Of a stretch of DNA of 64,000 nucleotides, positions 37,401 through 49,400 are shown piece by piece; the first letter of the stretch is position 1, and the number at the start of each line of letters is the position of its first letter. Origin of the DNA: Leidyana gryllorum EB-2025a (Eukaryota > Protista > Apicomplexa); NCBI GenBank assembly GCA_048772705.1, contig JBLWGC010000213.1, positions 124,001-188,000 of the forward strand, given 5' to 3'. The translations under genes were made by a program, and so were the position numbers. The notes below the pieces were generated by a model. That model was not told the origin of the DNA, ran no database searches, and worked only from the letters and a program-made list of their open reading frames with translations.

Positions 37401-38707
37401 GTGAGCATACGATTGAATATGTTGTTCTTGGGGGGTGAGGTCGAAGATGCCAGGAGTGAGGGGGGGTGATCCAAGGAGTCTCGGAAGGAGTCCGAGCCAT
37501 TCAACTCTTGTGTTTGGGGGGATTTCGAAGCAGCCAGCGAGGGAAGGACGGCAGCGGGGGACGGGGCTGCTGGGCTTACGACGACTTCATCGCCTTCGTT
37601 TTCCCGCCCCCCGCGCTGAAAATGGAGCTCCGCTTCTTGTTTCAGGAGACTGTTCTCTTCCTGCAGTCTCTTATTCTCTGCTTCTCGCTGTTTGACCAGA
37701 TTCTTCAAGGACTGAACCGCTGCAGCCTGTTCTATATCGCCTCCGCCGTGTGATGCAGCCGCTTCTTTGGGTCCTTTGAGCCAAGAGATTTCGTCCAAGT
37801 TGAACGTTTCGACAGCATCACTGGTCCGCATATCGCCCACAGCCCCGAGAACCCGAGACAGCCAAGACTGGTTATCGTAGTATGGAGAGTACGAACTGAT
37901 CGTTGATCCAAATGCTATAAGCGGCTCTCCGCAACCTTGCAACACGCGGAACTGCATCCGGGCCATAGTGCGTATAGAATTACGGACAACATTTGTTCTC
38001 TCAGTTTCCAGACGATCGATACTTTCCATTGACGAGGCGGTAACAGCACTCACGGGGGCCGCTGTGTGCTCAGTGCTCCCGCAGTGCTGCGCCTGGAAGG
38101 CCTTCAGGTCATTCTGAGCTTGAGAGCGCATATCAGCCGCCCGTTTGACTCTCTGCTTCCCAGCATTGTACAAGTCGGCGTGGATGTCGTCTTTGAAGCG
38201 GCTCACATATTCCTCCAAACTCTTCGCAGCGGTGTTGTATTCCTGATCAGCCAACTCGAGCTTCTCCTCCAGCCGCTCCAGACGCCTTTGATACGCAGCA
38301 GAGCCCGAAGCCATGTTACTCTTCTTGCCAACGCCTAAGCTCGCGGCCACCCGCGCATACGGCTCCTCAACTTTACTCAGCGGTTTCACGATCTTATCGT
38401 GTGTGGTGGCTGCGACATTGTCCATCATCCGGGCCATTGCGGCCACAAACGTGTTTTCGCCCTCCCAGACATCCAGAACCGTCGATCGCTGGCCACTCGA
38501 AGAACGCGCTTTGTGTAACGCTGCATTGGAACGTTCCACCGCCGCACGCAACGCTTTCGCATAGGCAGCTTGGGCCTCAACAATCTCTGTATGGAACCGA
38601 CTCAGCGCCGATAAGGCTGTGTGGCCGAAACTAACTCTCTCCACCAGCTCAGCTACATGCTCTTGGCCCAGCTGAGCGAACTTCAGCCCGCCAGAGGAGG
38701 CGGCCAT
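31410..38707 (-). CDS. F-BAR plus PATROL1/Munc13-like MUN (DUF810/MHD1/MHD2) fusion protein, multi-exon, roughly 2200 aa
   Basis: F-BAR pattern (ELVERVSFG..LSRFH..QAAYAKAL; VW..MA..KIVKPL; LETER); MUN motifs KLFAYETLL, EDWIPVSPPEVMHSSALVTFF, RLHNLHF, IVYFDF..LFEELYVP; introns 37242-37202 and 37148-37030 link the ORFs in frame through exon 37201-37149. Confidence 0.75.
37064..37139. repeat. degenerate GAGACG/GAGACA/GCGACA hexamer microsatellite inside an intron
   Basis: About 12 hexamer units within the predicted 119-nt intron 37030-37148. Confidence 0.85.
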
Positions 38708-38741
38708 TCACTTTTGCCACTTTTTTCAGCGCTACACTATG

Positions 38742-40457
38742 CTAATCATCCTGATTCCAGCCCTCTTGGAAAGCCCCGACACCGTGCCGTCCTGGCACGT
38801 ACCGCCCTTTAGCGTAATCGGTGTACGCACACGGAAGCTCCTTTAGGCTGCGAAGGGGTTGCCCGGGGGGCTCTTTTCCCCATGTATCACCACTGTACGT
38901 CGCGTTTCGACGGAGCAAGAAAGCTTCGGGCAGACATCGACGCGCCGCTGTGAGAAGGAATGTTTCAGCAGTTTGAGAGTCGGGCAAGGACCAGACGAGC
39001 GCTCGTTGTGCATCGAGAAGTGCATTCAGCCGCCTCTGCATATCCACCCTCCCTTCCGGTGTCTCCCAGTCCGGCACATAGCGTTCGAGTGCCGCTACGG
39101 GGTCGGCCCGGAACTCCACCTCGGGGATTTGAATTATGATGTTGTCCCAATCCACCTCACAGCCAAAGGGCAGAACTTTGTCCAGGAGTCCGTCAGAGAT
39201 GGCTACGATCAAACTTCCGCTGTGTATCGAATCGTAGAGTCTGCTGCTGCTCCAATCGTCGCCCCGCACCATGAAGTGCCACTTTGATTTGAGTGCGTGT
39301 CTGACGTAAAAATCCGGATGATGCTCCATAACGCAGCCTTCGTAGGGCCCCTCTGGAGAACAGGGAGGTATGGAGGCGTCTTCGGGCGCGAGGGTCGTAA
39401 TTATGACATTGGGTGACTTGTAGTGAGCGATACCGGATAGAAGAGACCGTCGGGTTGCGTATCCTCCGCGGTGGTGCTCGTAGAAAGCCCTGCCAACGAA
39501 AAAGAAGGAATAAGGGCGGGCGGCCAGATAATCGTGAATTGAGACTTGATGTCGTCTCGCGGCGATCTCCGATGCATAGGGCTCCTCCGAAAATACTAGT
39601 AGCGTTGAGTACGGGGCGAGGATAGGACAAAAGGATTCCTCGAACGCCGCCATGAAGCGTCCCCATATCATTTTGGTCCACGTCTTCAACGTTGGATCTT
39701 TGCCTTTGTCTCGGAACCACCAGAAAATCTTGTAGTGGGTTCCCACAAAGATGTGATCGTTCCCTGAATATCGCTGGAAATAAGGTTCGCTCTCCAGTCG
39801 CTTGGTGACTTCCAGGATAAGCTCCCGTCCCCCCTCTTCTCCTCCACAGAGTCCCTCCAATGCTGCGCCCAGAAACACGGGGACGACAAACAGAATGGCC
39901 TCAGAAGGCTGCTGGACTCTCCATCGATGGTGTTCCAGCTGCGACTTGATGTAATATTCTCCCATGTGCCCGCCGCTTCCAAGTTTGCCTTCGAGTGAGA
40001 ATGAACATTTGTGCCAGAACGCCTCAAACTCCGGGCCTTCGTACATGAAGAACGGGACAGTGATCTCTAAATCGGCAATAACGGTCCTCTCTTGTTGTGA
40101 AAGCCACCAGACTTTGTCACCTTCTGCTCGTGGTACCATATTGCCAGCTTCCAGTGCCTGAATCGTCTTGGCCACTTCTCGGCGAAGATCGTGAAGCTGA
40201 GATCTGAGTTCATTGCGTAAAACTGCTTGGTTCCCACCCGGAGTGGATAATGACAAACGAGCCTCTCGCAACAGACGCACCAACTTGCCGACTTGGAGTG
40301 GGGCTGAGTAGAACGGGAAGAGATGGGAGCTACCCACCATCCCCCTCAGCGAAGTACGACTGGTCAGTTGAAACCCACATATGATGAGCAATAGAGTTGG
40401 TACCAACAAAAAGGTGACCAGTCTGGGCCGGGGTGGCCAGATTCGAGGATTGATCAT
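38742..40457 (-). CDS. exostosin-family (GT47) glycosyltransferase, type II membrane, intronless
   Basis: N-terminal TM; PSEAILFVVP, PYFQRYSGNDHIFV, RGDDWSSSRLYDSIHSGS, LPFGCEVDW. Confidence 0.9.
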   Translation of the reverse strand: MINPRIWPPRPRLVTFLLVPTLLLIICGFQLTSRTSLRGMVGSSHLFPFYSAPLQVGKLVRLLREARLSLSTPGGNQAVLRNELRSQLHDLRREVAKTIQALEAGNMVPRAEGDKVWWLSQQERTVIADLEITVPFFMYEGPEFEAFWHKCSFSLEGKLGSGGHMGEYYIKSQLEHHRWRVQQPSEAILFVVPVFLGAALEGLCGGEEGGRELILEVTKRLESEPYFQRYSGNDHIFVGTHYKIFWWFRDKGKDPTLKTWTKMIWGRFMAAFEESFCPILAPYSTLLVFSEEPYASEIAARRHQVSIHDYLAARPYSFFFVGRAFYEHHRGGYATRRSLLSGIAHYKSPNVIITTLAPEDASIPPCSPEGPYEGCVMEHHPDFYVRHALKSKWHFMVRGDDWSSSRLYDSIHSGSLIVAISDGLLDKVLPFGCEVDWDNIIIQIPEVEFRADPVAALERYVPDWETPEGRVDMQRRLNALLDAQRALVWSLPDSQTAETFLLTAARRCLPEAFLLRRNATYSGDTWGKEPPGQPLRSLKELPCAYTDYAKGRYVPGRHGVGAFQEGWNQDD

Positions 40458-40469
40458 CAATTTTTTCGG

Positions 40470-43400
40470 TTATCGTCGACTATGTGCACTTTTCATGGTT
40501 GTGTACCCTTCCGACAGATCCGCTCCTCGCAGATGAGGCGGCATCCGCGCCCCTCCTCCCAGACCTTCAGCCGCCTGCTGCCGTTGCTGATGGGCAAAGT
40601 ACTCCAGATCACTGTAGAATGAATAACTCGACCGACTGTCATCGGTCCTCCGCCCGCCACGTGGAGCTCCACCCAGCTGTGGGACCTCATTCGAGGGCAT
40701 GTTGCTCGGCAACTCGTTCGATGATATCACGGGGACCGCCTCCGCGCTCTCCGCACACGGAAACGCCGACGACACATTCCCGCCTGGGTGAATCATTCCT
40801 CCGTCCGTCACTTGAGTGGACGGGAAAGCCAAACCCTCTCCCGGCTTAGCCAAAAGAATCCCGGATTCCGCTTCCACCGCGTTTGGTGCGTCTCCATCAT
40901 CATCATCCTCACCACCAATGTGTGCTCCAGCGGCAGCCGCTGCCCGGGCCTGTTTCCTGGCGCGATGTCGGGCTCGCCCGCGAGTCTGCCAGTAGTAACC
41001 CCACACCGCAAAACCTGCTGTCACTCCAAACGCAACCGCCGCAACCAAAACAATGTAATCCCAGTCATCAATACCTTTGTCCTGCAGCAGCTCCGGCTCC
41101 TGAACTACGGCCTCCTGACAGTGCAGCGTTATATCGTCTCGAAGCTCGTAACTGGCATAGGCATCCTGAGTCACTGGCAGTGTCTTGGCGTAAGCGAGTT
41201 TGGTCAGCTCCACCTGACCCACTGTCCCCATCGCTTTGCCGTCCTCCAACATTTGACGGAGTGCTGTCTCCAACTTCACTTCCTGATTGGTCGCGCCGGC
41301 GGCAATTTTGGACAGAATCTGAATGATAGCCGTCGGGATCGATGCAAACACGTAGAGGTCGGTGTTGTCGAAACAAGCCACCTGTAGCGGCTCTGTGCCA
41401 TTTGCTCTCTCGAACCCTCGCTGACACTGAGCCTTCCACCAGGTGAACGCAGTCCCACTCGTCACATCCTTCATACCATAACGCATAGACGAACTCAGGG
41501 GATCCAGGCTCACACCTCCACACGTGGCATCGAACATGGTCACCTTACCGCACACCAAATGAATGTCCTCCCAGGCTCCATTCACACACTTTAATCGTTG
41601 ATTGGGACCGTTCTCGAGGGCTGTGTACCCAGCTGAACACGACACAGTCCGCACACTGTTGTGTTGTAACCCTGTGCCCGACGCCTGGTATACCCCGCTG
41701 TCTGGAAGCTCGAAGTCTTGACACTTCGGATGACAAGTCAGGAAATCGCTCCTGTCGACAGTCAGCCAACGTCCATTCGCACACACAACTCGCTGCTGAC
41801 TTCCTTCGTCGAAAGCCGACGCCGGTGCCAAGCCATCGCTGCAGTACAAAGTCAGTCGCTGTCCGTCATTCCCCGTGACTTTGACATCAAACGCATAATC
41901 GTTGTTGAAGTTAATCGCCTGACCAATCGGAGAGGTAAAGTTGAGCGGACATTTGGCCTTCTCAGCCTTCAGATGGCCCAAATCAAAGCTTCCAGCCACC
42001 GGCATCAAAGGATCACCGCCTCCATACGCTGTGTTAAGTACTCCCACACCCCGAACGGCCTCGAGCTGCTTGGACGAGAACTGTATCCCGGACACCACAG
42101 TGGCGGGGAGGTCTCCGAACTCGCCGTACCGATAGACGTTCTCATCGACGCTCTTGAAGTCTGGGGACACTTGGGTCTCAAAGACGGCTTCTGTATTGAC
42201 ACCCGACAGTCGACGTCCCTCTTCGTGTTGCGAGACCAGCATCTCACCGGGGTCCTCTGAGGCCATCACATCGAGGAAGTCCATCAGTAGGGGATCCAGG
42301 AGGATTCGCCAACTCTGAAAGGCGTCGCTGATTGTATCTGCCAGTTCGCCTGTGGCAGTAACGCTCTCCAACGTTTTGATGATTTCATCGGTGAAGAGGC
42401 CGGGATCTATGGTCAGCAGGATACGCGTGCCAGCGACGTCGGGCCAGGCTCTAAAGTCCTTGAAATCTGCGAACGCCAGAGCAAAGAGTTCCACCAGATA
42501 GCGTCTCAACATTCGACCCAAACGGACATATGGCTGATACTCCAATACTTTGTCGTTAAACAGATCAAACTTGAGAGATGGAGGGAAGTCAATGACATTG
42601 AGCCCCACTGGTCGGATGTCGGTTGGAAGCATCCAGTACAGAGCGTCGAAGGGGAGTGACTCAATGACAAACTCAAGCTCAACTATACGACGGCTCAGAC
42701 CGCGACTGCATGTCCGATCGACAAATAGATTGCACAAAACTTGAACGTAGTTACTCGAACGATCCGTGTTGTACCGATTGTAGGCGTCGATTGAGAAGTT
42801 GCCAGAGTTCTCAAAGATTCTACTCTGATATGTGGGAAACAGAAGCGCTCGGAGTGACTGGTGGAACTCTTCAGAGGCTTGAGCCACGAGTGGATGGGTG
42901 GTAAACTCCAGATCCATCAGTTCTTTAGTGATATCTATCCCAACGGCGTAACAGCAGCCATATTGAAGCAAAGCATCTGGGTGAAGAAGCACAAATGGAA
43001 TAATATTAGCTCAAACCATAACTTACCTCTAACTTTCATCCAGCAATTGCCCCGCCGTGGACATGATGTGAAATCTTGGTTCAGCGGATGGCACTCGTCA
43101 GATATCGGAACGCTTTCGCCCAACCGACGGAACAACTGTGTGAACATGTGAGGCATAAAACAATCGCGCCCATCATATCCACAGCTCTCTCGGAAACATC
43201 CGGCATCGCACAGCCCATCGTTAATGTAGTGTCTAGGACAGGCGTCCGTCTGAAAAAGAGATCGGAATCATGAGTGCGCACACACTCTTGACAAACACTC
43301 ACATTGCAAGTGGGCAAGGCTGCCAGAAGTTTGTTCTGATCCACAACGTTCACACTGGCGGGTTCCTGCAGAGCGGTAAGCAGTGGGCCGAAGAATTTGG

Positions 43401-46400
43401 TAGCGCAGGAGGCTCCAGTGTGGTCCTGTTGGCAATAATATCTGCCGTACAGCTTGAGCAGCACACCAAAGAAGCGTTCCACAGGATCGGTGTCTTCAGT
43501 GCCTTGTAAGGCCAGATGCTGACCCAAGTATCGAGCGATCTGTAGGAAACAGGTGTTCACGCAGGCTGAACTGAGGGCAGCGATTGCGGCTCCCAGATCT
43601 TGTTGCGCAGCAGATGTCAGGACTCCTCGGTCCACCCACCGTGTGATACCAGACATTAAGTTCTGGAGGTGAGGGGCACACGGTGTATTCTTTCCATCGT
43701 ATAGACACATGAGATGGATGACCGAGGGAGAGAACTTAAGATGGTTGGGATCGCTCAACACAGGGCGCCCCATCCCGAGTCTACGACGCCATGGATTGGC
43801 CTGTTCGTCGCTGAGATTCATGTCGGACAACATCACGTCGGCCACGCCATACAGCGCTCTCTTCTCCCGGGTTTCGTGTTCTTCGATGGCCTCCTTGACC
43901 TCGAGCAGGTGCTGAGCGAATGGGTCCAGTGAGCTTCCTTCTACTAGCCGACGTCGGGCTGCGGCAGAGTGCACGAGCTCTGGACTGACGGGTGTCGAAG
44001 TTGTAGTTGAAGAGGTACTGTTGTCTGCTTCGTCATCATTGGGGGTTAGGCCGGGTTGGTTGGCTTGGGATGAGCTCTCGTTGGCGGCATCTGTGTGCTC
44101 TTCTTTGTTTTCGATTACAATACTCTCGCCTTCTTCGCTTTCCTCTGATTCGACTTTTCTGAAGTCTTCGGTGGTGAATTTGGTGTCACTGAGCAGATCC
44201 CAGAGGGTACTAAAGTACTCCAGATTGGATCTGAAACAACTGTCCGATTGACAAATGACGGAGAGATCTTCTTTGCGGACAAAGACGTCAAAATTACGAA
44301 TGTGCTGCAAGGATTGGACGGCCTGAGCGAAACAATAGTCAGATTTGACGTTCTTTATTGGTGAAGCCACAGTCAATTCTGTGCGTCGCTCAGTCTCCTC
44401 AGAGTTTTTGGCACACAGTAACTCGGCGAGTTTTTCGAGTGTGTGAGCCACTTTGATGCAAACCTGGAAGTCGCCCGCCTGATTTGCATTCATCCAGTTG
44501 TAAGAGGAGCGATGAATCTTATTGCGGCGTTCAATATAGAACGTTGTGAGTTGTTTAATACGCGTGTGGCACATTCCCTCACAGAAGGGCTCTGCCTTCT
44601 GGTTGTATATCATAGCGCCACACTCCCCAGACAACTCTTCCACAAAGGCGCTGAGCAGATCACAGCAGAAATGAGCGTCACCAGTCACGGCGTCGGGGGA
44701 GGACTGTTGGTAACGCGTGGGACAGAAGGGCAGAGACAGAGTTGTGGGTAATGGCTGCATTTTGTGGAAGGCCACATCTTGAAGGCCAATCTGCTCATTC
44801 GTCTGACACCGTAACGTGTATCCCGGGATGGCCAACGAATCGGCCCTCTTCTGCTCTCGGGCGGTGTTTATGACATCGACAGCCGGTTCGAGCGGCCACC
44901 ATCGTCCATTCAGACAGATGAGGTCAAGAGGGGGTTGACCCATGGTGGCGCTGGAGTCATCAGCGCAGAGGACACGCCTCTGGCTGCCTTGAGCGACCGA
45001 AGAGGAGAGATCAACGAGCCGTTTGCTCTTGATTTTGCTCGAGTCATAAACATTGTTCTCAGAGTTCAGAGACACCGACGCATACACCTCATACATCTTG
45101 TACTCGGCCTGGGTGAATTGTTTCAATTCGGCCTCGTTACACGAGCGACACGAATCACACAGAGATCCACCGCAATCAATGAAAGACTCGTCGCCGTTCC
45201 AAATACCATCCGCACAATCGGGACAACTCTCTGGACACATTCCTCCGCAGTCGGTACCCCACTCGCCGCGACTCGTCTTTTGGTCACTACACTGCGCAGT
45301 ATTGACTGCCAATACTCGAGCGGCGCTCTCCAACAAAGTCCACACACCGTCGTCACATACGTAAGGAGTGTAGGGTGGAGACGCCACATTGGTCACTGGA
45401 ACATAGAAACTCTCGTTGAGGTGTGTGTGTAAGAAGGAGCCGTGCGCGAGAGGCAAGTCATCCTTTTTGAATACTCTTCCAGCTTCTTTGCCGCTTTCCA
45501 GAGTCACAATCAGATCACCGGTGGGTGGCATAGACTTGCAGGCTTTGCAGCGGCCCAGTTCTTCACAGTCTCGGACGGGGCATGAGGTGCCGCAGGACCC
45601 TCCACAGTCGATTCCGCCTTCGTTGCCGTTCATAACGAGGTCAGTGCAACTGCTCTTGCCGCAGACGAGCAGAGGGAGCGTCCAGCTCCCATCAAAACAG
45701 GCAATGCTTTCGGTGGCGGGTCCAGAGAGTCTGTTGTATCCCTTCTCACATGTGACGTCGACTATGTATCCATGATCCAGATTCCGGGCAATCTTGGACT
45801 TGGAAGTGCTTTTATATTTGAGTCCATACTTTTTCAGCAGATTATCCAACGAGGATTTTGTACACTGCCCTCCACAGGGGTATCCCTGCGCTATAGCGGC
45901 CCGGAACTGCGCTGACGCGGGCTCCATTGCGCGGTTGCGGGCGATGGCTTCGGTCGTGTTGGCGCCTTCTGCCGCCAACGGATGCCACAGACTTTCACTG
46001 GGAACGTGAAACGGCGGGAGCCCAGTGATCCAGGCGCCGTGACGGCAGTCAAAGACTGCCTGTTTGCGTTCCATAAAGGTCATATCCAAACTCTCGGGGT
46101 CACGCCACAATAGACCCCCACGGAAACCCGACTTGCAGGATAACTTGCGACGAGAACCCCATCCGCGGCCTCTCTCGCTGGCATCTTGGACATACCGAAT
46201 CGATGAGGGATTCGGGAACGCCGGACAATACGGAGAACACCGAAGAGCGCTCCCATACAGCTCGACCATCGCGTCATCGTGCTGCAGCAATATCAGCCTA
46301 TCTTTCAATCACACTTACTGTGTGTTCCGGGCCAGCCGGCAGCCATGCGCCATCGTCACAGATGATGGGTTGGATGGGCTGTTCAAAGAGGTTTGGGACC

Positions 46401-49400
46401 GGAACGACGGTCGACGGGTCGAGAGCGACGTCTTGCCGAGTCTTTAGATCCGTGATGGCCAGCAAGGAGGGTTTGGAGGTCAGCGGGGCTGACAATGCCT
46501 GTCTGCCCGGAGAACATCCGAGTTGGTACACTTGGGTCTGATGGCGGAAGTTCAGCAGAGGATCGGCGGTAAAGTTTAACACTCTGCCATAACTATCCTT
46601 CACAATGTAATCCGAGCCAAAGTAGGCTGCGGGATGGGGACAAGAGGCAAAGCAGTTAATGTTCCGCGTCAACCGGGTCCATTCGCCACGCAGACACAAT
46701 ACGGTGTCGGTTCCGGTCACGGACGTGGCCTGACCGAGAGTGGGCGCCTGGGTTGCGGCATCGGGAGAACACGACAACTGGTATGTCGACCCCGGCGAAG
46801 TGCCGTCTCCGAGAATGAGGGTGTATTCGTAGCCACTTCCAGGCGGTTTGAACGGCCGGCATCCCCCTGCAAAGGATCAGAGTGCGAATGTGTCTCCAGG
46901 TGGTGAACTCACTCTGGCAGCTGAGCAGTCTGCTCCGTTGCCACGCGCCTTCAAAACAGGCGACAACGACTTCGTCTGCCTCGAGATCGTCATATGGCGC
47001 AACGGTGTCATTCCAAAAACGCTGTTCGTATTCGGACTGCTCGATTTCCATCGAAGCTTCCTGAGCGATTGTGTCTGCAGCACATCCGAATATAAAGGAA
47101 GAGCCGTGGGCCGTAGCCTCCCGCGGCGTGGTGCTACGATAAGTCTTCATGACGAGTCCGTGTTCCGCCACCATGGCTGTTTCGTCGATTCGGGCACAGT
47201 TGTAATGACACGAGAGAGATGGGCTCTGCCATCCGCCCTCGAGACAGTTGAGACGTTCCTGAACGCTCGAACCAGTGTTTGCTGCACACGTCAACACTCG
47301 GTAGCTTCCCACTTTGACCGCACTATCGCCTTCGACGATCTTGTAGGCGGGGCCCATGGACGGGAAGGGCCCACATGTTTGGCCACACTTTAGATCCACG
47401 TCCGACCAGCGGCCATCTGTTGAAGGAATAAAGCTGTTGGGAGAGAAGGAGAGACCGACTTACTGAGACAGGTCGAGACCTCTCCGAATGGTGAGCCACT
47501 CAATGTCTCGCTGCTTTCGATACATTTGACTCGGATCTGTGAGCCGTGTTTCATGAAATCGTATTGGAGAGCGTCTTGCATCTCCCAGCCGAGAGGAAGG
47601 AGGCCGTCGTCAGTCGCAACGTGAACAGCTTCGACTGTATACTGACTCCCGGGTGTCTCATATTGTCGACACATCGATTTGCAGTCTAAGCCATAATAGT
47701 CCCACTCGCCATCGAGACATTGGCTCAGGACAATAGTGTCGACGAGATTGGGATAAGTTGTTCCCCAATCGATGCGGTCGCCATATTTGTTCCGCTCCCA
47801 ATTCTGGAACACAGGACTGTAGTTTTCGTCACAGGCGAGTTGCACCACACTCGTGTGCGGTGCCGCTTCTGCCGTCACGTTTCTGTCTCTCACGTAAACG
47901 TGATTTCCTTCAGGGTACGGATCACAAGAGATTCCATAAGCGGTAAAGTATAAAATATCAAAAACATTTGGATTGTAAAGCAGATCAGTGAACGCCCCCA
48001 CTTCAATGGTCAAACTGTATTCGTGGCCGGGAGTCAGTGTGATCTGAGGATCAAAGAGGATTCGACTGCGATCGTAGGGGTCCTGGCGAAGATATGTCTC
48101 TCGAACGACGTCTTTTTCCGTATCGTATATATACGTACTCCCATCGTTCAGATCTCTCAAAACCACTCCCGCCCACCGACCGAAATTAATGGGTCGATTA
48201 TAACGCCACGAGAATGTGGGATATTCGGGATCAACGCCGCGGCTTCCATTCAAAGGTATCGTTTCGATCACCGTCGGCAGATCCCAGTACCTTTCCGTCG
48301 CACATTGAATGATCACTTCTGTCTCGTTCACGAAACGTTCGCTGTCGCCCACATACGCAGTCCAAACTCCCGTGAACGGTCGCGTCGCATTTTCCTCAGC
48401 TGCGTACTTTTGATACGCAATGTACCGGTCTGGACTCAGTGAGTGTCCGATAACCCAAGTCGCTCCTGCTTCGGGGCGTTCGCCCGACCAATACACAGCC
48501 ACTCCTTCTCCCGGGAGCTTATTGGTCACTTTCTGCTGATACCATCGGGCCTTTCCATTGAAAGGATCCCCAGCCTTGTAGGGTCCATTCAACGAATTGA
48601 ACTCAGCTGGGAATCCAGTAATGCCGAGAATGGGACACCCCCCATTGGTAGACACCGTGAACGTCGTACCCGTCTGGACATCATTGGGATTCCCAGACAG
48701 ATCATTCACGATATCGGCGTCCCACGTCACAGAATATGTGCCGTCCTCCAATGTTGTCATACGCACATCCAGCTCAACAGTCAGCTCACGACCTTTGATA
48801 TTCACCCGGTAAGGTACCGTAGCGTCGATTCCCGTTATCGTTGGATCGTTCACTACAGCCACCCACGGACCCGGTCGCAGCTCCTCCGCCACAGTGTCGT
48901 CTATGCGGGTCACCACTACTTGGTGACCGGTCGACTTGGAGAACTGGATGTTCTCATTGAATGTCAGCATGAGTTCGCGAACGGGAGGCACCACAGTGGT
49001 CCCATTGCCGGGTATAATGCCGGTGACATACGGTTTGCCCGAATCGGTCAGACATCGGAATGCACTGCAGAATCCGTACGGACAGTCTTGAGACACAATG
49101 CACTCCTCCACACGCACATAGCCGAGCTCCATATCATAGTCTAACCAACTAGTACAAGACGGAGCCCTGTTGCCTTCCACCTAATCAACGGTGATGGGCG
49201 GGGCAAAGGAATAGAATATTGGCCTCACCTTCCCACTGCAGCCACATAGACGACTGGTTCCAGCCACCCTGGCGAGCCCAAGATGGACATCACAATCACC
49301 ATCGCCGTTAACGTCCATGACGCAAGGCAGACTTGACACATTCAGATCTGTGTGACTCAGTGCTTTCCGGTCGGCACAACTCAGCTCGGCCGCAATGGGT

